Shown: one piece after another, positions 1-10,647 of the stretch
Position numbering within the stretch: the first letter of the stretch is position 1
Layout: every line of letters begins with the position of its first letter
Assembly (NCBI GenBank): GCA_002413665.1
Contig: DHXK01000099.1
Coordinates: forward strand, 1-32,387
Direction of reading: 5' to 3'
From: Legionellales bacterium UBA5158
Lineage (GTDB): Bacteria; Pseudomonadota; Gammaproteobacteria; DSM-16500
DNA: 32,387 nucleotides
Notes under the pieces: model-generated
The model's input: only the letters and a program-made list of their open reading frames with translations
What the model was told of the DNA's origin: nothing
The model's database searches: none
Made by a program: the position numbers and the translations under genes

Positions 1-2
1 AT

Positions 3-902
3 TCAGTGAAGATTACTCGTATAGATCTCGTGAATATTCGTTATACAGAGAAGAAAGAACAACGTGAATTTACAGCACTTATAACTGCCTATGCGCAAGA
101 TTATTATGTTGACGATCGCACGGGTGAATTTATTAGAGGCGATAGCACTGTTGCTAGATTCCAAGAGTTTTGGACATTTCAATTTCTTGAATCAGAATGG
201 TTATTAAGAGAGATCGAGCAAACGCGCGAGTCTCGCATTTTGACAGAAGAAAATTTTTTCGAACAATTTACAGATCAGCAGATAGAGCAAGTTTACCAAG
301 CTCCTGTGGATCAACTTGGCAAAGAAGGCCCTAGTCTTGAGAAAAAAGTTCTGATCAAAGCAGTTGAAATTGAGCGTATGCTAAATTACTTGGCGCAAAC
401 TGATAAGATTTGGACTCGTCAACTCATGCTTGAGCGCGCACGTAAAATATTTACGAATGTGCATATGGCTCTTGAAGTGGGTGCATTAAATGCAGAGTTG
501 GAATCTCAACTTTTCCCAGCCGTTGTTGAGAGTATTAACAAGACGCTGAAAGAGTGGAAATCTAAAGGTGAGTCTATGGAGTATCGTAACTTTTGCGTCA
601 GAAAGGTTGAACTTTTATTAGTACGCAGCTTTAGCGATAATACCAAAGATGAGTTTTTTACTCGAATAAGTGCACATGCGCAGCGTATACACTTAAGTCA
701 TGGCAACATTGTTACAAAGGACGATGATGTCACTCCATTCGAAGCGTACTGGACCTTTGGTAGGTTAGATAAGGAATGGAAGTTTAAGGAAGCAATGCCT
801 AGGGCTACTAGACCTAAACAAATTATTAATGCTGAGAATATTGAAGAGGAAAGTTCGCCTGATATGGTTAAATGGTATTACACAAAAAAACGGGCTCTTT
901 AA
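3..902 (+). CDS. Tim44-like domain protein (5'-truncated at the window edge; two Tim44-like domains)
   Basis: Frame is open from the window edge. Two copies of the Tim44-type C-terminal motif: FQEFWTFQFLESEWLLREIEQ and FEAYWTFGRLDKEWKFKE. Confidence 0.65.
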   Translation, partial: SVKITRIDLVNIRYTEKKEQREFTALITAYAQDYYVDDRTGEFIRGDSTVARFQEFWTFQFLESEWLLREIEQTRESRILTEENFFEQFTDQQIEQVYQAPVDQLGKEGPSLEKKVLIKAVEIERMLNYLAQTDKIWTRQLMLERARKIFTNVHMALEVGALNAELESQLFPAVVESINKTLKEWKSKGESMEYRNFCVRKVELLLVRSFSDNTKDEFFTRISAHAQRIHLSHGNIVTKDDDVTPFEAYWTFGRLDKEWKFKEAMPRATRPKQIINAENIEEESSPDMVKWYYTKKRAL

Positions 903-914
903 GGCTGGCTCTTA

Positions 915-939
915 TAACCGAGCCGCTACGGCTCGGTTA
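915..939. terminator. Hairpin between convergent genes; short derivative of the AACCGAGCCG REP-like family
   Basis: TAACCGAGCCG-cta-CGGCTCGGTTA is a perfect 11-bp stem whose arms match the ends of the elements at 21320 and 23707. Confidence 0.7.
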
Positions 940-948
940 ATAGAATTG

Positions 949-1695
949 TTAATCTTGTTGGCTCAATCCTGCCATCCGTTTAATTTCATCAATGCCATCT
1001 CGGTTTATTTCTTCCCAGCGGCCGCGTTTAATGCTGCGGGGCAGGGTGATGGATCCAAAGCGTATACGAATTAAACGGCTTACACGTACATCCATAGCTT
1101 CCCAAAGGCGGCGAACTAAGCGATTACGGCCTTCTCTAACCACTACGTGAAACCAGCGATTTGTGCCTTCACCGCCCTCATCACTGATTTGTTCAAAGTG
1201 AGCCAAGCCATCATTCAGCATGACGCCTTTTTTCATTTTAGTGAGCATGGTGGGTGTGACCTCACCTTGTACTCGCACTGCATATTCACGTTCTATTTCT
1301 GCAGAAGGATGCATTAGCCGGTTTGCCAATTCACCATCATTTGTGAGGAGTAAAACACCTGAAGTATTAAAATCTAATCGTCCAACGGATATCCAACGAC
1401 CATTACGAATCAAAGGTAAGCGATCAAAAACAGTAGGGCGTTTCTCTGGATCAGAATGTGAGCAAATTTCGCCCTCGGGTTTGTGATACAGCAATATGCG
1501 GCATTTTTGAGATTGACTCTTGATGAGTTGAATCTCGCGACCATCAACGGCAACACGAGCATCTTCAGTGATGCGATCACCGAGCTTTGCTAATTTACCA
1601 TCGACTTTAATGCGGCCTTCTTGTATCCATCCTTCAATTTGACGACGTGAGCCTAATCCAGCGGCTGCTAGTACTTTTTGTATTTTCTCACTCAT
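949..1695 (-). CDS. rluB: 23S rRNA pseudouridine synthase B
   Basis: N-terminal S4 domain (EKIQKVLAAAGLGSRR), catalytic GRLD motif, GRNRLVRR motif; lies downstream of scpB. Confidence 0.92.
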   Translation of the reverse strand: MSEKIQKVLAAAGLGSRRQIEGWIQEGRIKVDGKLAKLGDRITEDARVAVDGREIQLIKSQSQKCRILLYHKPEGEICSHSDPEKRPTVFDRLPLIRNGRWISVGRLDFNTSGVLLLTNDGELANRLMHPSAEIEREYAVRVQGEVTPTMLTKMKKGVMLNDGLAHFEQISDEGGEGTNRWFHVVVREGRNRLVRRLWEAMDVRVSRLIRIRFGSITLPRSIKRGRWEEINRDGIDEIKRMAGLSQQD

Positions 1696-1727
1696 TGGAT
1701 TTTCTTTACCTTTGTTTTGTCATGATT

Positions 1728-2597
1728 CTAGTCTGTTTCGCTAAATTCGGGAGAGGTTTTGGCTGGCTCATTCAGCTGAGATGGTTCATCTTCGCTAGGA
1801 GTAACTGCTTCTGCTTCGTTTGCGGTTATGTCTTCTTCTTGTGCTACTGTTGTTTCGGTAGGCTCATTATCCGTATCATCAGCATGGGCATTAGCTAATT
1901 CTATTAGTTCAGAGGGTTCATCTTCGCTAGGAGTAACTGCTTCTGCTTCGTTTGCGGTTATGTCTTCTTCTTGCTCTGCTAATGTTTCGATAAGCTCATT
2001 ATTATCTGTGTCAGCATGCGAATTAGCTAATTCTAATTGGACATGTAATTTTTCTTCTTGTGTATCTATATTGCTCAGATCAGCAAGAGTAGGTAATTCT
2101 GTTAAGCTTTTTAAATTTAAATGGTCTAATAATGCTTTAGTAGTGCCATAAAGTGCTGGTTTGCCAGGAACATCTTTGTAGCCAATGATGCGTATCCATT
2201 CGCGTTCTAGTAAGGTTTTTGTAATGTGGGTGCTAACTGCTACGCCGCGAATTTCTTCAATCTCAGCCCGTGTAATGGGTTGACGATAGGCAATTAAAGC
2301 AATAGTTTCTAAAACTGCCCGAGAATAGCGCGGAGCACGTTCTTCCCACAGTTTCCCCAGCCAAGGGCTTAGATCTTTTTTTGCCTGAAATTGATAACCG
2401 CTAGCGACTTCCCGCAACTCTATGCCTCTATCTGCATACTGTTCTTGCATTGCTTGCAACAGATCTCGTATTTCTAGGGGTGAAGGTTGTTCCTCTTCAT
2501 CAAACAGCTTCTGTAAATCAGCTATGGTGAGAGGTCGACCCGCAACCATAATAGCCGCTTCTAGGATACGTTGAAGTTGTTCAGGGTTCATAGTCAT
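1728..2597 (-). CDS. scpB: SMC-Scp complex subunit ScpB with a duplicated acidic C-terminal tail
   Basis: LETIALIAYRQPITRAEIEEIRGV and PGKPALYGTT motifs. Confidence 0.93.
   Translation of the reverse strand: MTMNPEQLQRILEAAIMVAGRPLTIADLQKLFDEEEQPSPLEIRDLLQAMQEQYADRGIELREVASGYQFQAKKDLSPWLGKLWEERAPRYSRAVLETIALIAYRQPITRAEIEEIRGVAVSTHITKTLLEREWIRIIGYKDVPGKPALYGTTKALLDHLNLKSLTELPTLADLSNIDTQEEKLHVQLELANSHADTDNNELIETLAEQEEDITANEAEAVTPSEDEPSELIELANAHADDTDNEPTETTVAQEEDITANEAEAVTPSEDEPSQLNEPAKTSPEFSETD
1783..2035. repeat. In-frame 132-bp (44-aa) tandem duplication in the scpB tail
   Basis: 1783-1841 is identical to 1915-1973 (59 bp), and similarity continues to 1903/2035. Protein unit ELAN.HAD...QEEDITANEAEAVTPSEDEPS occurs twice. 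Confidence 0.95.
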
Positions 2598-2758
2598 GGA
2601 TAAAAACTCAGATAAAAACTGGCTTAATTTTAGCAGAAAGGGGGTTGGGGAGGAAGTGTTTTTGAGATATTGAAGCTATTCCTCGCTATCAAGAGACCAT
2701 GAAAAGTGAACAATAGATGGGATTTGTGAGGGCAAGCCAACTTGCGCATCGATCAAAT

Positions 2759-5384
2759 TTAGTTTGTTGGTTTTTTGCTAAGAATAGTCGTGCAGTAATT
2801 ATTAGGGGATTCATGTAGAAATGTCTTATAGCTCTCTGCATTTAACGGTTTGCTCAGTAAGTAACCTTGAATTTCGTCGCATCCGTTTGTATACAGAAAT
2901 TCAAACTGAGTTAGATTTTCAACTCCTTCAGCAATCACGGTAACGCTTAAACTTTTAGCCATTGCAATGATGGCTATTATAATTGCTGTATCTCTCGAAT
3001 CAGATCCAATTGAATCCACGAATGATTTATCAATTTTTATTTTTTTAATGGGTAAATTTTTAAGATAACTTAAGCTTGAATAGCCAGTACCAAAATCATC
3101 AATAGCAATACTAAAGCCTGATTCACATAAGATATTCATTTTTTTTATTGCGGCATTGATATCATAAAGCATAATGCTTTCCGTCAATTCTAATTCAATG
3201 CAAGCAGGATTAAGGTTTAATTGCTGGGTTATGTTAGTGAGAACTTCAACAAAATTTTCTTGTTTGAATTGTTGGGCAGATATATTGATAGCAATCCCAA
3301 GATGTTCATATCCTTTATTATGCCAGCTCTTAACGTCCCTACACGCTTCATGGAAAATCCATTCACCAATGGGCAATATCGTTCCTGAATCTTCAGCGAT
3401 AGGGATAAAATCTAGTGGAGGAACTAAGCCTAATTTTGGATGCTGCCAACGGATTAGCGCTTCTGCACCAATGATTTTACCGGTATGCAAATTCAGAAAA
3501 GGTTGGTAATTTAAAATAAACTCATTTTTTTCAAGGGCTATTTTTAAATTACTTTCTATTTCTAAACGTTTAAGTGCGCGTTCATGCATTTCTGGGGCAA
3601 AAAAATGAAAAACATTATTTCGAAATTCTTTAGAGCGGTACATTGCTATATCAGAATTTTTTATTAAATGAGTCGCATCTCGGGTATCTTTTGGATAGAC
3701 ACTAATACCTATGCTTGAGCTGATAATAATACGAAGATCATCTATGAAATAGGTATCAGAAATAACACGTTTTATATTATTAGCAAGAGTTGATATTTCT
3801 TGTTCTTCACTTATTAAAGTTAGTAGGACGATAAATTCATCTCCTCCCAAGCGTGCGACGGTATCGGTTGCACGAATTGTATTTTTAATTCTTATAGAGA
3901 TTTCTTTTAATAATAAGTCACCTACTTGGTGACCGTGGGTATCATTTATTATTTTGAATCTGTCTATGTCTATCATTAAGAGTGCAAGACTAGTGTTAGT
4001 TGTATTCGCTTGAGAAATTGCTTGTTTTAGACGATCTTCTAGTAAAAGACGGTTAGGAATATCCGTTAAAGTGTCGTGTGTTGCACGCCGAATAAGTTCT
4101 CTCTGCATATTTTTTTGATTAGTGATATCCCTAAAGCACCAAACACGTCCCGTGATTTGTTTATTAACAATCTGTGGTTGAGAATAAGCTTCATAGATAA
4201 GGCCATCAGTAAAGATTAGCTCATCAAAGCTATTCAGTTGTGGTGCAAGTTTTAATGCAGATAACCTTAAAAGAAAACTTTCAGAATCGGCAAGTTGAGG
4301 TAAGATCATATCGAGGCCAATTTTAGGAGTTGTTCTATCCTTTGAATTTATTTGTAAATATTTAATATTGTAATCTATAACTTTATTTTCATTATCCAAT
4401 ACTAAAATGGCATCAGTGGTAGACTGCAATGTTGCTTTGATTAAAGCTAAAGATTTTTCTACTTCATAAGTGCGATCTTTCACTCTGGTTTCTAGAATTT
4501 CATTAAGATCAATAAGAGTTTTCTCAGCTTGTTTGCGCAGGGTAATGTCGTTTGCAATAATGATTATTCCTTTTCTAGATTGCTTCGAAGTTAATTGCAA
4601 TCGTAGTTCCACTGGATATTGCGTTTTATCTTTGCGTGTATTTGTACTTTCAAGAATGATGTAATCTTTTTCTAAATTAACTAATGAATTTACAAGCGCA
4701 TTTATTTCATTCTTATTGTGAGCGCTGATAATAGAAAATAATTGTGTACTCAGTATTTCATCTAAAGTGAATTGCAGGCCTTTGTAAGGCACCTTGATTT
4801 GCATAAGTACATTCTAAAGTTTCAATATCAAAAATGTATATTTCATTAAATGATGATTCTAGTATTTGTCCCAGTAATGTTATTTTAGATAATCTTTTTT
4901 TAGCATCTAATAAAGCAACAACAATTTCTGAAAGGTTTTTTAAAAAATCTTTTTGCTCCTGCGTTAGTTGTTTTGGCTTAGTATCTAGCACGCATAGAGT
5001 ACCAATATTTAAACCATCTCCGACCGTAAGGGGAACCCCCGCATAAAATTGTAAGTTGTACTCATGATTAAGTGGGTTATCAGAAAATCTTGGGTCTAGT
5101 CTCATATCAGATATCTGGGTGAGTTCATTATTCAAAATAGCGTGTGCGCAGTTAGCAATATCTCTTGAAGTCTCACGTATTTCTTGTGGGGCGCCATGAA
5201 TGGACTTGAACCATTGTCGATCTCTGTCGATTAATGTGATTAGAGAAATAGGCACCTCACAGACTTTGCTGGCGAGTGCTGTTATGGAGTCGAAAATTTT
5301 TTCAGCCGCTGTATCTAAAATTTGATAATCTGAAAGTGCGGCTAAACGAGCTGTTTCATTATCTGGAAGAGGTGCAATTGCCAT
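2759..5384 (-). pseudogene. GAF-PAS-PAS-GGDEF-EAL c-di-GMP enzyme split by a 1-nt frameshift (ORFs 4758-5384 and 2759-4804)
   Basis: The upstream ORF is a GAF domain plus the start of a PAS domain. The downstream ORF continues the PAS and carries RxxD-x5-GGDEF, EAL and DDFGTGYSSL motifs. Removing one base from TTT 4781-4783 fuses them into an 874-aa protein. May be a sequencing error rather than a true pseudogene. Confidence 0.8.
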
Positions 5385-5540
5385 ATTTCACAGACCTTAA
5401 GAGGTAAATGATAACTGTAATTATAACCTAAAATGCTTAAAGTGACTTAACCTGCCGATGCTATTGTAGTATCTTCTATAATAATGAATTTTTAGAATAC
5501 TGTAGGGTCTAGTGAGTAGGGATCATTAAGAAAAGTTGTC

Positions 5541-6347
5541 TTACGCCACAGCTTTCAAATGAATAGGGCCAAAAGCCGCCGCTTGGACAAATTCAATCAT
5601 GTTATGTTTGAGTAATTCCAGCATAGCTAGAAAAGTCACAACGATACCTAAGCGACCTTCTTGAGGATTAAACAATGACGATAATACCGTGAAATCTTGG
5701 CCTTGAAGAGCCGCTAAGATATTCGTCATGCGCTCACGTATGGAAAGTGTCTCCATCTGAATGGTATGGCTTGCGTTGAGCTCTGTGCGTCGTAAGACAT
5801 CAGAAAGGGCTAATAATAGTTCTTTTAAATGAATATTGGGTAAGGGTTTGTCGAATACCATGTCATCGGTTTCTGCGCCGGCAATAAAGGTATCTCTACC
5901 TAGTCGCGGCAAATGATCTATATCTTCAGCAGCTTTTTTAAAGCGTTCATATTCTTGTAATCGACGTATCAATTCCGCACGAGGATCTTCTTCTTCCACC
6001 GCTGCACTTTCCAAGCGAGGGAGTAACATGCGCGATTTAATTTCCGCTAATATGGCAGCCATGACTAAGTATTCAGCGGCAAGCTCTAATGAAACTCCTT
6101 TCATTAGATCTACATAATCCATGTATTGTCTAGTCACTTCCGCGATAGGTATATCTAAAATATCAAGATTTTGCTTTTTGATGAGGTAGAGTAATAGATC
6201 CAGTGGGCCTTCAAACGCTTCTAAAAAAACTTCCATTGCATCAGGTGGAATATATAGATCTTTAGGCATGACAGTTAAGGCATGTCCTCTAATGAGAGCA
6301 AGATGCGCGGGTTCTTCAGTGATCTGTTCTAGCTTAGTAGGTTCCAT
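5541..6347 (-). CDS. scpA: Segregation/condensation protein A
   Basis: FEGPLDLLLYLI, AAEYLVMAA and VTFLAMLELLK motifs. Confidence 0.93.
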   Translation of the reverse strand: MEPTKLEQITEEPAHLALIRGHALTVMPKDLYIPPDAMEVFLEAFEGPLDLLLYLIKKQNLDILDIPIAEVTRQYMDYVDLMKGVSLELAAEYLVMAAILAEIKSRMLLPRLESAAVEEEDPRAELIRRLQEYERFKKAAEDIDHLPRLGRDTFIAGAETDDMVFDKPLPNIHLKELLLALSDVLRRTELNASHTIQMETLSIRERMTNILAALQGQDFTVLSSLFNPQEGRLGIVVTFLAMLELLKHNMIEFVQAAAFGPIHLKAVA

Positions 6348-6448
6348 GGTCGATATATTACCTAAAATCGATCAAATACGAAAGGCTTTGCTTGTATCTA
6401 ATCGCAGACTCGTGGAAAATAACTTCTTTAGTCAATGACGTAGTGAAT

Positions 6449-7405
6449 ATGATAAATCAATCTGAGATAGGCAAAGCAGTTGATATTTTACGACGAGGTG
6501 GGCTAATTGCTATGCCTACTGAGACGGTCTATGGTTTGGCGGCTGATGCTAGCAATCCTGCGGCATTACTAAAGATTTTCACTGTTAAACAGCGCCCTAT
6601 TGACCATCCTTTAATCGTCCACTTAGCGGATATGGAGCAATTGCCTGACTGGGCAATCGATATTCCAGACTTTGCGATAGCCCTTGGACAAGCTTTGTGG
6701 CCTGGGCCTTTGACTCTTGTTTTCAAAAAAGCACCTCATGTAAGTGATCTGATTACTGGAAAGCAATCTACAGTTGCTTTGCGTATTCCTTCGCATCCGC
6801 TTGCAGAAGCGTTGATACGGGCATTTGGCGGCGGCATAGCTGCACCTTCGGCTAATCGTTTTGGCCGATTGAGCCCTACTACAGCGGCAGCTGTACGTGA
6901 AGAATTAGGGGATGAGGTTGATTTTATTTTGGATGGCGGCCAATCTGAAGTAGGCGTTGAATCCACAATTATCGATGTAAGTGCTGGTTACCCTGTTATT
7001 TTGCGTCCTGGCATGATTACCTCTCAACAAATAGAATCTGTTTTAAATGAAGAAATTATCACTCCACAAAAAAAATCACCAAGAGTATCTGGTTCACCAG
7101 CCTCACATTATGCTCCTCACACAAAAACACGATTGATGAAATCCATGGTTATTCCGCATTTTTTAAATAGTTTGCGTCATAACGATTTGCCGGTGGCGAT
7201 TTTGACATACAGCATGTGCCCTCTACCACAAGAAGATGTGGAATGGATTATGATGCCAAATAACCCTCAGCAGTATGCTCATGATTTATATCAGACGTTG
7301 AGAGAATTAGATAAAAAAGATTATCGTGAAATCGTTATTGAAACGCCTCCTGAAGATTTAAGTTGGGATGCGATTCGTGATAGATTGCAACGGGCGACCT
7401 TTTAA
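6449..7405 (+). CDS. tsaC: L-threonylcarbamoyladenylate synthase, Sua5 type (YrdC + SUA5 domains)
   Basis: PTETVYGL, K.RP..HPLIVH, AAPSANRFG, GVESTII and SHYAP motifs. ATG 6449 is preferred over TTG 6392. Confidence 0.9.
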   Translation: MINQSEIGKAVDILRRGGLIAMPTETVYGLAADASNPAALLKIFTVKQRPIDHPLIVHLADMEQLPDWAIDIPDFAIALGQALWPGPLTLVFKKAPHVSDLITGKQSTVALRIPSHPLAEALIRAFGGGIAAPSANRFGRLSPTTAAAVREELGDEVDFILDGGQSEVGVESTIIDVSAGYPVILRPGMITSQQIESVLNEEIITPQKKSPRVSGSPASHYAPHTKTRLMKSMVIPHFLNSLRHNDLPVAILTYSMCPLPQEDVEWIMMPNNPQQYAHDLYQTLRELDKKDYREIVIETPPEDLSWDAIRDRLQRATF

Positions 7406-7441
7406 GCAAGTAGGTTGGGCACGCGTGCCCAACCTACTTGC
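7406..7441. repeat. Perfect 36-bp palindrome (GTAG-type REP-like), likely a bidirectional terminator
   Basis: GCAAGTAGGTTGGGCACG|CGTGCCCAACCTACTTGC is its own reverse complement and lies between convergent tsaC and icd. Confidence 0.8.
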
Positions 7442-7451
7442 CGCCGACGAT

Positions 7452-8912
7452 TTACTGTCCTTGAGCAAGAGAAAAACCAATCTTCCCATCATACGTATAA
7501 AGATTTTCTGTTTTAATCACATCAAAACCTAATGCATCAAATTGTTCGAGCAAATTAATAATATCTTGATGCGTAATCGATTTAACTTTAGTGATATCCG
7601 CATTGGATTGAAATCGGCAACTGCAATGATTTGCATAGGGAGCTTGTATCATGCAGTTGGGCCAAATTTTTAAACCACGACTGGTGATAGTAATTAATTC
7701 CATAGGGCCTGTCATTTTTGAAATTTTTTCACCTAATTCATCGGGTGTAAATGTTAAATTATCGATAAAAATATCTATCCCCACTAATTCCTTTTTTGCT
7801 TTTGGTTTTTTCACTTCACCATAGCAAGCAATTTTAGGTTGGATGTCATTTTTATATTCTACTGCTTTAAAGTGACTAGGTTTGCTGCCTAAGTTTGCCA
7901 CCACTGCATCCGCAAATTCGTCAGTATTCACCATTTTTTTGCTATGTTCAGGTGAATAAATATCAGCAGTGTGCGTTCCATCTTCTAATGTTTTTAGCCA
8001 TGCATTCTCTATTAATGCAGCAGTCTCAGGTTGATTAATGTGTATTAACATTTGAATGGCACCGTTTAAAAGGCCGGATGGATTTGCTAATTTTTTGCCA
8101 GCAATATCAGGTGCGGATCCATGGATAGCCTCAAACATTGCCATCTCGTTTCCGACATTTGCAGATCCTGCTAAACCCACAGAGCCTGCAACTTGTGCTG
8201 CTACGTCTGAAATAATATCACCATATAAATTTGAGGTGACAATGACATCAAAGCGCTCAGGTTCTGCAGCAACTAATGCTGTGCCTATATCAATAATTAA
8301 ATGCTCTGTTTTGATTTCAGGATATTCGGTTGAAATTTCATTAAACACTTGATGAAAAATTCCATCCGTCATTTTCATGATGTTGTCTTTAGTTAGGCAG
8401 GTGACTTTTTTGCGATTAAATTTACGCGCATATTCAAAAGCATAATGCACGATACGTTCGCAGCCAGGCCGTGTCACTAGTTTTAAACATTGGTACATTT
8501 CATCTGTTTGTCTATGTTCTATGCCAGCGTAAGTCCCTTCTTCGTTTTCACGAATAATCACTAAATCCATTAGCGGATGATTCGTTCGAATGAAAGGTGA
8601 GTAGGCTTTGCATGGACGCACATTGGCATACAGGCTGAGGGTTTTACGTAAGGTAACATTCAGGCTTTTGTAGCCACCACCTTGAGGGGTGGTGATAGGA
8701 CCTTTTAACAATACTTTTGTGCGCTGTAATGATTCCCATGCTGAATCGGGAATGCCGGAAGTGAATCCTTCTAGATACACTTTCTCGCCAATTTCAATCA
8801 CTTCAGGTTCTATATCTGCTTGGGCTGCTGTTAAGATTTTGAGTGTTGCTGCCATGATTTCTGGCCCAATTCCATCACCGTATGCAACTGTAATCGGCGT
8901 TTTAACTGGCAT
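7452..8912 (-). CDS. icd: Isocitrate dehydrogenase (long, approx. 480-aa form)
   Basis: GDGIGPEIM, KGPITTPQGGGYKSLNV, NLYGDIISD, FEAIHGSAPDIAG motifs and C-terminal FSLAQGQ. Confidence 0.93.
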   Translation of the reverse strand: MPVKTPITVAYGDGIGPEIMAATLKILTAAQADIEPEVIEIGEKVYLEGFTSGIPDSAWESLQRTKVLLKGPITTPQGGGYKSLNVTLRKTLSLYANVRPCKAYSPFIRTNHPLMDLVIIRENEEGTYAGIEHRQTDEMYQCLKLVTRPGCERIVHYAFEYARKFNRKKVTCLTKDNIMKMTDGIFHQVFNEISTEYPEIKTEHLIIDIGTALVAAEPERFDVIVTSNLYGDIISDVAAQVAGSVGLAGSANVGNEMAMFEAIHGSAPDIAGKKLANPSGLLNGAIQMLIHINQPETAALIENAWLKTLEDGTHTADIYSPEHSKKMVNTDEFADAVVANLGSKPSHFKAVEYKNDIQPKIACYGEVKKPKAKKELVGIDIFIDNLTFTPDELGEKISKMTGPMELITITSRGLKIWPNCMIQAPYANHCSCRFQSNADITKVKSITHQDIINLLEQFDALGFDVIKTENLYTYDGKIGFSLAQGQ

Positions 8913-8974
8913 AGATTAACTCCTATCAATGAGAATTATAGTATAACAAAAACTAAGGTTGGACATTTGCGTTC

Positions 8975-10357
8975 TTAATGCGCAGAAAGCAGTTGATCGG
9001 CAGGAATTAAACCAGCAACCACTTCTTCCATATGCATAGATCGAGAACCTTTAATGAGTATTGTGTTTTCATTTTGTAGATGAGATTTTAAAGCCGTTAA
9101 TAATTTTTCACGATCCGTGAAATGATATGCGTTTTCACCAAAACTTAAGCTGGCGGCGGCGGATAATTTTCCATATGTGAATAAATAATCAATGCCAGCC
9201 TCGCGAGCTTTTTTTCCAGCATGAGTATGCAATGCATCTTCATTAGGTCCTAGTTCTTTCATATCACCTAGTACTAATATTTTTTTACCTGAAAAAACTG
9301 ATAACGCACTGAGTGCTGCATCTAAAGAAAAAGGATTGGCATTATAAGTATCATCAATAATGCGTAATCCATTTTCTAAAATATGTTGGTTCATTCTTCC
9401 CGGTGCGGGTTCAACGGTTTCTAACCCTATTTTTATAGCGTTTAAATCAATGTCTAATGCCAGGGCTGCAGTCGTTGCTGCTAATGCATTCATCACATTG
9501 TGTTTGCCTATAAAAGGTAAGTTGACATCTATTTTGCCTGCGGGCGTATGAAGAATAATATGTTGTTGATGTACATCTTGATTTATCACAGTCGCCGTCA
9601 CATCCGCATTACTCTCTAAACCAAATGTCATGCGTTTGTAATTTGTGACCAAGCTACACCAATACTGATAAAATGCGTCGTCTTTATTGAGTACGGCTAC
9701 GCCATTGGGTTGTAGACTTAAAAATATTTCGCCTTTCGCGCGAGCAACTCCAGCCACATCTCCGCCAACTCCTTCAAGATGCGAGGCGGCTGCGTTATTA
9801 ATCACAGCGACGGCAGGCTTTGTGAGTTGTGTAAGATAAGCAATTTCATTTAAATGGTTCATGCCCATTTCTACGACGCCAAAGCGATGTTTTTTATCAA
9901 GACGTGTTAATGTTAGTGGCAATCCAATATGATTATTAAAGTTTCCTTTTGTTGCAAAGACTAGACTTTCATTGCCTTGGGCTTGTGCTAGTAATATAGA
10001 GGCAATCATGTTTTTTAAAGTTGTTTTTCCGTTACTACCAGTGACTGCAATCAGTGGTAATGAAAACTGGTTGCGCCAATTGGCGGCAATTTTCCCTAAA
10101 GTTTCAATCGTGTTATTCACTTGCATTTGAGGAAGAGGAACAGCTGCTACTCGTTCCACTAATGCGGCACTCGCGCCTTGTTGTTCTGCTTGTAAGATAA
10201 AATCATGACCATCAAATTGCTCACCCGCAATAGCGACATATAGATTGCCTTTGGTGAGTGTGCGAGTGTCTATGCTAATACCTTTAATGTGAGCATTTAG
10301 AGGCGGAGTGGGGAGGTTTAATTGTGCCGCTAATTCCGCTAAAGTCAGGTTAATCAT
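8975..10357 (-). CDS. murF: UDP-N-acetylmuramoyl-tripeptide--D-alanyl-D-alanine ligase
   Basis: TGSNGKTT P-loop, GNFNNHIGLPLTL, DDTYNANP, LGDMKELG and KGSRSMHME motifs. Confidence 0.95.
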   Translation of the reverse strand: MINLTLAELAAQLNLPTPPLNAHIKGISIDTRTLTKGNLYVAIAGEQFDGHDFILQAEQQGASAALVERVAAVPLPQMQVNNTIETLGKIAANWRNQFSLPLIAVTGSNGKTTLKNMIASILLAQAQGNESLVFATKGNFNNHIGLPLTLTRLDKKHRFGVVEMGMNHLNEIAYLTQLTKPAVAVINNAAASHLEGVGGDVAGVARAKGEIFLSLQPNGVAVLNKDDAFYQYWCSLVTNYKRMTFGLESNADVTATVINQDVHQQHIILHTPAGKIDVNLPFIGKHNVMNALAATTAALALDIDLNAIKIGLETVEPAPGRMNQHILENGLRIIDDTYNANPFSLDAALSALSVFSGKKILVLGDMKELGPNEDALHTHAGKKAREAGIDYLFTYGKLSAAASLSFGENAYHFTDREKLLTALKSHLQNENTILIKGSRSMHMEEVVAGLIPADQLLSAH

Positions 10358-10551
10358 TGAGTTCTCTGCAGATTATTGAAGTGCATCTATCATACTGTGA
10401 AAAATAAAAAAAAAATATGAAACATGCTGGAATAAATATTATTCACATATAGAAAAACTGTATTATTTTAAATCAATCTGACGCTTCATATTGCTAATAT
10501 TTTACTCTTTTTTCGCTTATATTTCCTTATAAATCAATACGATTGTTCAAA

Positions 10552-10584
10552 TTTAAGACTATCTTAAGTGTGGAGGAGTAATCT
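10552..10584 (+). promoter_or_regulatory. PmrA-like box plus -10 element
   Basis: tTTAAgacT-at-cTTAAgtgT (TTAA repeats 11 bp apart), then a 7-nt spacer and TAATCT. This resembles the Legionella/Coxiella PmrA element geometry. Confidence 0.5.
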
Positions 10585-10647
10585 AAAACAGTACCTAGCA
10601 TTTATCTAAATCGATAAATATTTTTCATACGTTAAGGAGAGAGTGTG

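Noticed and set aside
1220..2151. Plus-strand ORFs 1220-1486, 1647-1898 and 1828-2151, and other short antisense or alternate-frame ORFs in the track
   Set aside because: They overlap well-supported genes, lack an RBS and show no family motifs.
5436..5450. CTTAA direct repeat upstream of the GAF-GGDEF-EAL gene as a PmrA box
   Set aside because: The repeat period is 10 bp rather than 11, so the geometry does not match.
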